Part shown: one piece after another, positions 27,806-34,580 of the stretch
How positions within the stretch are numbered: position 1 is the stretch's first letter
Layout of the letters: each line of letters opens with the position of its first letter
Virus record (IMG/VR): IMGVR_UViG_3300026628_000004
Length of the DNA stretch: 36,326 nucleotides
Origin: a virus
Reading direction: 5' to 3' (one strand)
Made by a program: the position numbers and the translations under genes
The notes under the pieces: generated by a model
What the model saw: the letters and a program-made list of their open reading frames with translations, nothing else
Databases searched by the model: none
What the model was told of the DNA's origin: nothing

Positions 27806-28948
27806 ATGTCAGTAACAGGATTGCCCACCAGCCAGGGCATTGATATTCTCACAAGCAATCTGCGTGAGAATGTAACGAAATTTTGTTTATATGGTACAGA
27901 TACATCCTCAGGCACTGTTTCCTGGGATGAAAACTCAACACTTTCATCACTTTCTGCTTATCTGCTGGGAAAATTTGATATTGCAAGGGCATATTTTGAT
28001 GACAACGGCACACTAACTTTCGAATGTCCGATCCCATATGATTTCTCAGATACAAAATGGGTGGGTGCAGCAGGCATAATATATGTTGATGCAAATCTAT
28101 CCGAAACATTAGTGTCCGTAAGCCCTATGCCAAAGTTTCAAAAGACAGCCGGTATAGGTGGTACTATACGTTTTAAAGTGCCGATAGCAGGTGCAGCCGG
28201 CGATCTGATTTTTGAACAGATGCCATATGTATCAAAGCAAGAGTTAGACACAGTGTTAAACGAGATATTTTCAGGTATGTCTCTCTCTCTGGATGAGGCT
28301 TCAGTTGCAAACAAAGAGATACTGAAAACGCTTGATCAGAGAAATCAAACAGGCATTGCAACAATATATAACAGAGGTGTTGTGAAAGGCTGTGTTGCTT
28401 CTAAAAGTGCAGACTCAACAAGAAATATCTCACTCTCTTCCGGGCTGGTCTATATGCATGGCAGGTTAATTGCAGTGCCGGAACTGATTAACACTGCAAA
28501 TGTCCCGCCTAACACAGGTAGTGTAGCCAAAGATTCTTATTTGTTCCTGTGGGAAGATATCAATGGTGATATACAGGTTGACTGCACAACGCTCGATACT
28601 CAGCCCCCGGAAAACAGCATAACACTCTACAGGATAAATGTTCCTGCCGGTTCAACAGAGGCTACTGATCCGTATATAGGAAATTGCACACTGAATGATG
28701 TCAGAGTGCTTGAACCAAAATATCCGACACTGCTTGCAAATGCACCGCTTATCTATGTACCTCTTGAATTCGATCTGCTCGATGATGAATACCTTGTGCA
28801 ACTTGATATTCTCGATTTTGAAGGCGGAGGTTTTCAGCTCGGATATTGTTACGTAGGGGACAGAGCCAGCAACGGATTTAGCATATATCTAAACGGCACA
28901 GCGGATAAGGTGCGTGTGCGCTACAACGTATTAAAAAACAAGTTATAA
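27806..28948 (+). CDS. Putative tail fibre protein (call based on position)
   Basis: It follows J and I, the position of P2 gpH. AAGGAGG RBS. No recognisable motif. Confidence 0.4.
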   Translation: MSVTGLPTSQGIDILTSNLRENVTKFCLYGTDTSSGTVSWDENSTLSSLSAYLLGKFDIARAYFDDNGTLTFECPIPYDFSDTKWVGAAGIIYVDANLSETLVSVSPMPKFQKTAGIGGTIRFKVPIAGAAGDLIFEQMPYVSKQELDTVLNEIFSGMSLSLDEASVANKEILKTLDQRNQTGIATIYNRGVVKGCVASKSADSTRNISLSSGLVYMHGRLIAVPELINTANVPPNTGSVAKDSYLFLWEDINGDIQVDCTTLDTQPPENSITLYRINVPAGSTEATDPYIGNCTLNDVRVLEPKYPTLLANAPLIYVPLEFDLLDDEYLVQLDILDFEGGGFQLGYCYVGDRASNGFSIYLNGTADKVRVRYNVLKNKL

Positions 28949-28960
28949 GGAGGTATTTAC

Positions 28961-29287
28961 ATGAACTTTGAATACAAAGGAAAACAAGACGCAGAATATT
29001 CTGCATGTACCGTCGATGCCGATGTTGTAACTATCGGAGGGGAAACTTTTGATCTCGGGAGTCTTCAGACAGACGAACAAAAAATAATCGATGTCAAAGA
29101 AAACTCCAGGTACTTGGCAAACATTTTCATCCCGCCGGCAGAATATGACTACATCGAAACCGGTGAGACAGATATAGACGGGAACAAGATTTTTGAAAAA
29201 ACCAGAAAACCGGTTAACCAAGAAAAAGTTAAAATAATTCTATGGGAAAAGAAGCCAATAAATAATAACACAGAAGGAGGAATATAA
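28961..29287 (+). CDS. Hypothetical protein between the fibre and the DGR target
   Basis: AAGGAGG RBS. The stop abuts the start of the target gene. Confidence 0.45.
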   Translation: MNFEYKGKQDAEYSACTVDADVVTIGGETFDLGSLQTDEQKIIDVKENSRYLANIFIPPAEYDYIETGETDIDGNKIFEKTRKPVNQEKVKIILWEKKPINNNTEGGI

Positions 29288-29288
29288 A

Positions 29289-30317
29289 ATGCCAACAATT
29301 TTTACAAAAGACACATTGCGTGCCTCAGTCGAAGCTGCAACAGGAGGTAAAGTAACAGTATTGTACGATGACAAAGGTTATCCTTCATTTTGTCATGTAA
29401 TCCCGAAGTTCAACAATGAGGATATTGATCCCGCTCTTGGAACAGGTGTTTTCCCCGGTTTTATTGTCGGGGGGGTAGAAAAGAGCGAGATTTTCATCGG
29501 GCAGCAGCTTGCATCTGTTCAGGACGGACGCGCTGTTTCTTTGCCCGGGATGGATCCGGCAAATTACGTAACCTATGATGATGCAAATAATTACTGTAAG
29601 AACAAAGGTGCTGGCTGGCACTTGATGACAAACTGGGAATGGGCTGCAGTTGCTTTGTATTGCCTCAAGAACGGCTTTCAACCCCGCGGCAACACTGATT
29701 ACGGCCGCAGCCATGAGCTTACTCATGAAACTGCAGTAAGACAGGACGGTCTTGCACCGGGCGCAGCAGGTACAGCAAGATCATTGACAGGTTCAGGTCC
29801 AGCCAGTTGGAGGCACAACGATGATTTTACAGGTATTGCCGATTTGGTAGGTAACGTCTGGGAATGGACAGGAGGCCTGAAGTTAGTTGACGGTCAAATT
29901 ATCATGCCAAATGACAACAATTACGCCCTCGATGAGGTTAATTGGACATCTCAAGGTTACTTTTTTGATGCGTCAGCTGCCGGTGACGGGACAGGAGATG
30001 ACGCTGACCCGATCTTAAACAATCAGGTTACTACACCAATGACACCTGACAGCTATGCTCAGATTCCTAACTGGAAAGATTTGACAATAGATGCAGGCAT
30101 TACAGTCCCTAAGATTCTCCTACAGGCTTGCATAGCACCTTATGATATCACTAACCCAAAGGGAGCCCTATGGATACGAAACTATGGAGAGCGCATGCCG
30201 CTCCGTGGCGGTAACTGGTTCTATGCGTCCCATGCGGGCCTGTTTGCCTTGAACTTGGACAACGAGCGTTCGCTCTCGCGCAGCAATCTCGGGTTTCGGC
30301 CAGCTTTTGTTGGGTAA
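29289..30317 (+). CDS. DGR variable (target) protein with a C-type lectin / FGE-sulfatase-fold C-terminal domain; probable receptor-binding protein
   Basis: GAGWHLMTNWEWAAVA and GNVWEWTGG motifs. The last ~40 aa (aa 303-341) are encoded by the VR. It lies at the distal end of the tail fibre module. Confidence 0.85.
   Translation: MPTIFTKDTLRASVEAATGGKVTVLYDDKGYPSFCHVIPKFNNEDIDPALGTGVFPGFIVGGVEKSEIFIGQQLASVQDGRAVSLPGMDPANYVTYDDANNYCKNKGAGWHLMTNWEWAAVALYCLKNGFQPRGNTDYGRSHELTHETAVRQDGLAPGAAGTARSLTGSGPASWRHNDDFTGIADLVGNVWEWTGGLKLVDGQIIMPNDNNYALDEVNWTSQGYFFDASAAGDGTGDDADPILNNQVTTPMTPDSYAQIPNWKDLTIDAGITVPKILLQACIAPYDITNPKGALWIRNYGERMPLRGGNWFYASHAGLFALNLDNERSLSRSNLGFRPAFVG
30196..30311 (+). repeat. 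DGR variable region (VR)
   Basis: 116 bp aligns ungapped with 30728-30843. All 13 mismatches fall on adenines of the partner. It covers the 3-prime end of the target ORF. Confidence 0.9.
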
Positions 30318-30327
30318 CTAAATACTG

Positions 30328-30351
30328 ATTGCGGGGCGTTAGCCCCGCAAT
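30328..30351 (+). promoter_or_regulatory. GC-rich hairpin (10-bp stem ATTGCGGGGC/GCCCCGCAAT, loop GTTA) 16 nt downstream of the VR; DGR target-recognition hairpin candidate
   Basis: Read directly from the sequence. No equivalent hairpin follows the TR. Confidence 0.6.
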
Positions 30352-30394
30352 TGTTGCCTTATTCTCTATGGAGGGGAAATTGGAAGTCTTTAAA

Positions 30395-30715
30395 ATGAAA
30401 GAAAAATGTATTGATATGATCCAATATGGATATATAGCCTTGCAACAGTTTCCTAAGTCAGAAAAATTTACATTGGCTGCAGATATAAAAAGATATATGT
30501 ATTCTTTGCTTGAGAATATTGTAAAGCTTGCAAATTTAAGAGATAAAAAAAGAATTTTAAAAAATATAGATATATGCCTTGAAATGCTCAAAACATTCAT
30601 ACGCCTTGCACGAGATCTGAAATTTTTGAGCATCAAAAAGTACGAAATTATTTCAAGACATATTGTTGAGCTTGGCAAAATGAACGGTGGATACTGGAAA
30701 AGTCTAAAGGGATAA
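30395..30715 (+). CDS. avd: Accessory variability determinant (Avd), four-helix-bundle family
   Basis: It lies between the VR and the TR. The protein is basic and helical, with FPK.EKF.LA..I and ELGKMNGGYWKS segments resembling bAvd. The start could be 30368 or 30395; the ORF-track start at 30329 lies inside the hairpin. Confidence 0.8.
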   Translation: MKEKCIDMIQYGYIALQQFPKSEKFTLAADIKRYMYSLLENIVKLANLRDKKRILKNIDICLEMLKTFIRLARDLKFLSIKKYEIISRHIVELGKMNGGYWKSLKG

Positions 30716-30727
30716 AGCTGTAAAGTG

Positions 30728-30843
30728 TGCCGATCCGTGGCGGTAACTGGAACAATGCGTCCAATGCGGGCCTGTTTGCCTTGAACTTGAACAACGAGCG
30801 TTCGAACTCGAACAGCAATATCGGGTTTCGGCCAGCTTTAATT
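30728..30843 (+). repeat. DGR template repeat (TR)
   Basis: Partner of the VR. It has 27 adenines by my count and 10 in-phase AAY codons. It lies between avd and the RT. Confidence 0.9.
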
Positions 30844-30998
30844 CAAAGCTTGATATTGCAGACTCATGGGTTTGCAATCTATGCAAAAATAAAAGGAGCT
30901 TTATTCCTTCCTGTTACAGGAAAATATATACACACCTGGATGGTTAGTAAGCTAAATATGGCTGAAAGTGATCCGGGTTATTTTTACCAGGAGTTTTT

Positions 30999-32018
30999 AT
31001 GCCAAAAACAGCAAATAACATCTGGGATGAGGTTGTTGATTTTGAGAATCTATATTTTGCTTATCTTGCTGCAAGGAAATGTAAAAGATTTGCAAAAGAC
31101 GTTATGGAATATTCTGAAAGACTTGAAGAAAATCTTATTAATACACAGAACCATTTAATATGGAAAAGCTGGACTCCTCACCGCTGGAAAGAATTTTATG
31201 TACATGACCCTAAAACAAGGTTAATCCAAGCTCCCCAGTTTAGAGACAGGGTTGTTCATCATGCTCTTGTTAGAGTTGTCGAGCCATATTTTGAAAAGAA
31301 ATTTATCTATGATTCTTATGCCTGCAGAGTCAACAAAGGTACCCATGCTGCAATGCAAAGATTAAAACATTTTTTGCAAATAGCAACCAGGCAGCATTCT
31401 AATCCCTATATCCTAAAATGCGACATTAGAAAATATTTCCCATCTATTGATCATTATGCCCTGAAAAAGACAATCCGGAGAACAATAAAAGATGAAAACA
31501 CTCTTTGGCTCTTGGATAACACTATCGATCAGGAACCGAGTGGCAAAGGTTTACCCATTGGTTCTTTGACAAGTCAGCTTATGGCAAATGTAAATCTTGA
31601 TGTTTTAGATCATTATTGTAAAGACGAGCATGGTATCAAGTTTTATGTACGCTATATGGATGATTTTATTATAATTCATCATGATAAAGAATATCTAAAA
31701 TTTTTACTGGATGACTTAGGGTGGTTTTTGACAACAAACTTAGGCTTAAGCCTTAATTCTAAAACCCAAATTTTCCCTTACAATCAGGGTATAAATTTTT
31801 GCGGTTATCGTATTTGGCCAACACATGTATTGCCGAGAAAGAGAACAATCAGGAAAGCAAAAAACCGGTTCAGAAAATTTAGTAAACTTTATTGTGCCGG
31901 CAATATGTCGCTTGAAGATATAAAACCCTCTCTTATGAGTTTCCTGGGATATGCAAAACATTGCAATTCTTACAACACAGTATCTTCAATATTCGAAAAT
32001 CTTGTGTTCAAAAGATGA
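30999..32018 (+). CDS. DGR reverse transcriptase
   Basis: YMDD catalytic box (VRYMDDFIIIH) and the DGR-typical LPIGSLTSQLMANV motif. 339 aa. CAGGAG RBS. Confidence 0.92.
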   Translation: MPKTANNIWDEVVDFENLYFAYLAARKCKRFAKDVMEYSERLEENLINTQNHLIWKSWTPHRWKEFYVHDPKTRLIQAPQFRDRVVHHALVRVVEPYFEKKFIYDSYACRVNKGTHAAMQRLKHFLQIATRQHSNPYILKCDIRKYFPSIDHYALKKTIRRTIKDENTLWLLDNTIDQEPSGKGLPIGSLTSQLMANVNLDVLDHYCKDEHGIKFYVRYMDDFIIIHHDKEYLKFLLDDLGWFLTTNLGLSLNSKTQIFPYNQGINFCGYRIWPTHVLPRKRTIRKAKNRFRKFSKLYCAGNMSLEDIKPSLMSFLGYAKHCNSYNTVSSIFENLVFKR

Positions 32019-32030
32019 CAAATTATCCCC

Positions 32031-32057
32031 CAGGGGGCTAATAGGGGGCTAAAAATT
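32031..32057 (+). repeat. 27-bp direct repeat copy 1 (CAGGGGGCTAATAGGGGGCTAAAAATT); candidate integrase arm-type site
   Basis: Identical to 32282-32308. Each copy contains GGGGGCTA twice. The two copies flank the tRNA-fragment core. Confidence 0.6.
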
Positions 32058-32072
32058 TCAGCCCCTTTTTTT
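32045..32072 (+). terminator. Rho-independent terminator after the RT gene
   Basis: GGGGCT-N9-AGCCCC stem followed by TTTTTTT. Confidence 0.6.
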
Positions 32073-32112
32073 ACTTTTCCTGTAAATAACTGTGAAAATG
32101 GATTTTTAGAAA

Positions 32113-32154
32113 TGCGCCCGGCACGATTCGAACGTGCGACCTACGGATTAGAAG
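32113..32154 (-). tRNA. Partial tRNA, 3-prime part only: tRNA-Arg(UCU)-like anticodon loop, variable loop, T-arm and acceptor 3-prime strand; probable attP core
   Basis: The reverse complement reads CTTCTAA-TCCGT-AGGTC-GCACG-TTCGAAT-CGTGC-CGGGCGC-A. There is no D-arm or 5-prime acceptor strand, and the anticodon-stem pairing breaks down upstream. Confidence 0.6.
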
Positions 32155-32281
32155 TGCGATATTAGCGAACTTATCTCTGTTTGTCAATTTTTTTATTTAA
32201 AGATATCTTTCAGTGAAATATAAAGAAAATTGATTTTTACAAAATATTCGGTTACCCTTTAATACCCTGCTTTTTTCGCAT

Positions 32282-32308
32282 CAGGGGGCTAATAGGGGGC
32301 TAAAAATT
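32282..32308 (+). repeat. 27-bp direct repeat copy 2; overlaps the RBS and TTG start of int
   Basis: Identical to 32031-32057. Confidence 0.6.
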
Positions 32309-33386
32309 GTACAAGAAAACTAACCTACCCGGAGTGTTTTATTACCCGTCCAGAGTAAGAAAACACAAAGGTAAACCAGACAAGTGTTACTATATCAGAT
32401 ATTCAAGAAATGGCAAGAAAACAAGGGAGAAGATAGGCTGGCAAAGTGAGGGATTTTCTGCACACTTAGCAAGTCAGATACGTGCTGAACGTATCTCCGG
32501 ACACTATAAAGAAAAACAAAGCTTAACCGTAGAGGAAGCTGTAAAGAAGTATATAAATGCTGTCAAGGCAAATAAAGCCAGCTGGAAAGATGATCAGCAT
32601 CGATTAAAGCCTTTTTTAGATGATTATGGCCAGAGTCAAATCAATGATATAACTCCAGGGGATATTGAATCATATATAAATAGGATAAAAAAAGGCAACA
32701 GAAAACCTGCAACAGTAAAGCAATATCTGCAAGTTGTCAGGAGACTGTTTAATTACCTCAACGAGCAAGAGCTTTTTGACAAACAAAACCCAGCAGCTCG
32801 GGTAAAGGTCTCTGTGCCAGATAACACAGTTGTTGAAGCATTGACCCCTGAAGAATGTGAGAGGCTGCAGGATGTCTGTTTAAACAGCGAGATAAGATAT
32901 AACGGCGGATATGTTATCCTTTTTGCTTTATACACAGGTTTGAGGGCGTCAAGTCTTTTTCGGCTAAAATGGGAAGACGTGGATTTAAAAAAGAAATCCA
33001 TCAGGCTTAAAAAAACAAAAAATCGAAGGCAGGCAACTATCTTACTTTCTGATTTGGCTGTGGATCTCCTGGAATCTCTCGATCATAATGATGAATATGT
33101 GTTTCCATCTCCTTTTGGCGGGCAAAGAAAAGATATAAGACGAGTGTGGAAAAAAGTAAAAAGAGAAGCCGAAATTCGCCCTCACATCCGTTTTCATGAT
33201 CTCCGGCATACGTTTGCTACCATGCTCGCCGAAAAGGGCGTAGATTTGGATGTAATCAGTCGTATGCTTACCCACAGCAGCATTGTTGTCACTCAAAAAT
33301 ATGCACATATTAGAGATAAGCGTCTTAAAAAAGCTACCGGTGAAATAGATAATATTTTCAGATCCGATGATCCAGAACAAAATTAA
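32307..33386 (+). CDS. int: Tyrosine recombinase (phage integrase)
   Basis: LYTGLRASSLFRLKWEDVD (Arg box), HDLRHTFAT and THSSIVVTQKYAH (catalytic Tyr). TTG start after AGGGGG. Confidence 0.9.
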   Translation: MYKKTNLPGVFYYPSRVRKHKGKPDKCYYIRYSRNGKKTREKIGWQSEGFSAHLASQIRAERISGHYKEKQSLTVEEAVKKYINAVKANKASWKDDQHRLKPFLDDYGQSQINDITPGDIESYINRIKKGNRKPATVKQYLQVVRRLFNYLNEQELFDKQNPAARVKVSVPDNTVVEALTPEECERLQDVCLNSEIRYNGGYVILFALYTGLRASSLFRLKWEDVDLKKKSIRLKKTKNRRQATILLSDLAVDLLESLDHNDEYVFPSPFGGQRKDIRRVWKKVKREAEIRPHIRFHDLRHTFATMLAEKGVDLDVISRMLTHSSIVVTQKYAHIRDKRLKKATGEIDNIFRSDDPEQN

Positions 33387-33405
33387 ATAAAAAACCGTTT
33401 ACAGG

Positions 33406-33469
33406 ATAACAATACAGAGCAATAAAATCTTTCCGGAAAGCCTGGCCACGAGCTGGATCCAAAGCCAGG
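33406..33469 (+). repeat. Palindrome-rich intergenic element, copy 2 (copy 1 at 9761-9824)
   Basis: Same alignment as copy 1. In this copy the outer stem extends to 8 bp (AGCCTGGC/GCCAGGCT). Confidence 0.85.
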
Positions 33470-33539
33470 CTAAGCACCAACATAACAACCTACCATAATA
33501 TATAATAAAGAAGCTCTCAGGCGGGCACACAAGCATAGA

Positions 33540-33835
33540 AAACAAATGAGGTATAAATATAGATGTGCCTGGTGTACATTGTGCTTAAGGCTCTGTAAAG
33601 GACTGTTGCCCTGCATTAGCCGCTTGCTCCATACTTGGATGACAGGCACACATTAATTGTTTCTAAACAGCTACAGGCGCAGGTGTATCCCCCGCTCCCC
33701 CTACGAAGGGAAGCAACGGTTATATAGGAAAACAAACAAAAGACTTCTTACGGTTTATTCTAACCTCAATTATAGGTTCTTTCAGAAGAAAAACGCTTTA
33801 CGGAGCGCAAGCCCGCAAGGGTTGTTTATTTTTTG
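33540..33835 (+). ncRNA. Candidate structured non-coding RNA (class unknown)
   Basis: There is no credible ORF. TGTGCCTG (33563-33570) can pair long-range with CAGGCACA (33643-33650). Two GCAA tetraloop hairpins lie near 33805-33823, followed by the U-rich tract GTTTATTTTTT. Confidence 0.2.
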
Positions 33836-33893
33836 CAATAAAAATACAATGCAGCAATATGTCATGTAGGATATGCCGGTATATTCGATGTTA

Positions 33894-34180
33894 GTGTGTG
33901 ATTCCGGAAAAAGCCGGTAATTCTGGTTTCAATAGTGCAGTTTTTTGATCCCAGGGAAAACCGGTAATTTTTTGTTTCATAAGCAAAGCCCAGGGAAAAA
34001 TAACAGGCTGGGCGATCCTCCGGGGCATGCAGAAATAATGAGATTCCGAAACCTGTATAGTATGAGAAAGTGGATCACATTGTTTGTTTTGCCGGTTATG
34101 TGTTTTTCCCAGGTGAACCGGATAGATTTTCCCAGGCGAATATAGTGGAAACGAAAAATCAGAGAAACCGGGACACACAC
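33894..34180. repeat. 287-bp element bounded by imperfect inverted repeats, with four internal CCCAGGGAAAA-type sites
   Basis: The ends are GTGTGTGATTCCGG (33894-33907) and CCGGGACACACAC (34168-34180). CCCAGGGAAAA occurs at 33950 and 33989, and TTTTCCCAGG at 34104 and 34127. Confidence 0.4.
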
Positions 34181-34265
34181 AATGAGGGTTCACGTTTCCA
34201 GCAAGTGGTTTTGTTAACTGTTTTAAAATTTGCCGCCGAAAACTTCTTCATTTGTGGACCCAGTG

Positions 34266-34580
34266 GGACTCAAATTTTTTCCTTCGGTCCTCGGTATAAA
34301 TGTAAGATATAAAAAACAAAAAAGAGCGTTCCCTTTTCAGGGGGCAAAATCTACGGACTCAAAACATTATTTATTATCAGTCAGTAGACTCAGAAGGACT
34401 CAAAAGAGGGGTTTTACAACTTTTATATTATAATTTCACAGAGAACTTTTTTTGCTGTATTTGAGTCCATTGGGTCCAGAGAGACATTATATATTTTTAT
34501 ATAGCTGATATTATTAAAAAAAGCTCTGGACTCAGTTGAAAAAATTTGAGTCCTTTTGAGTCCAGAGATGAGTCCAGAGA
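34266..34580. repeat. Iteron array with a GGACTC/GAGTCC core (8 perfect and 2 variant copies)
   Basis: GGACTC occurs at 34266, 34355, 34396 and 34528, with AGACTC at 34386. GAGTCC occurs at 34463, 34548, 34558 and 34570, with GGGTCC at 34473. The extended form GAGTCCAGAG occurs three times. An AT-rich tract lies at about 34620-34760. Confidence 0.6.

Larger units (their letters stand above)
29289..32018 (+). mobile_element. Diversity-generating retroelement cassette: target(VR)-avd-TR-RT
   Basis: All four canonical components are present in the same order as in phage BPP-1. Individual features are listed separately. Confidence 0.9.

Noticed and set aside
30329-30394. 5-prime extension of the avd ORF as given in the ORF track
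   Set aside because: The proposed start lies inside the VR-proximal hairpin and has no RBS. In-frame ATGs at 30368 and 30395, the latter preceded by GGAAG, are more plausible.
30727-31158. 143-aa ORF spanning the TR and the TR-RT spacer
   Set aside because: Its N-terminus only resembles a protein because the TR copies the VR reading frame (PIRGGNWNNASNAGLFALNLNNERSNSNSNIGFRPA). It has no RBS, runs into the RT gene out of frame, and the TR functions as an RNA template.
32100-32175. Complete tRNA gene
   Set aside because: Only the anticodon loop to the 3-prime acceptor strand can be folded. There is no D-arm or complementary 5-prime acceptor strand, and only 3 of 5 anticodon-stem pairs form. 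I interpret it as an attP core fragment.
34266-34580. Possible CRISPR array
   Set aside because: The repeats are only 6-10 bp, occur in both orientations and are irregularly spaced. No cas genes are present. This is an iteron or binding-site array, not a CRISPR array.
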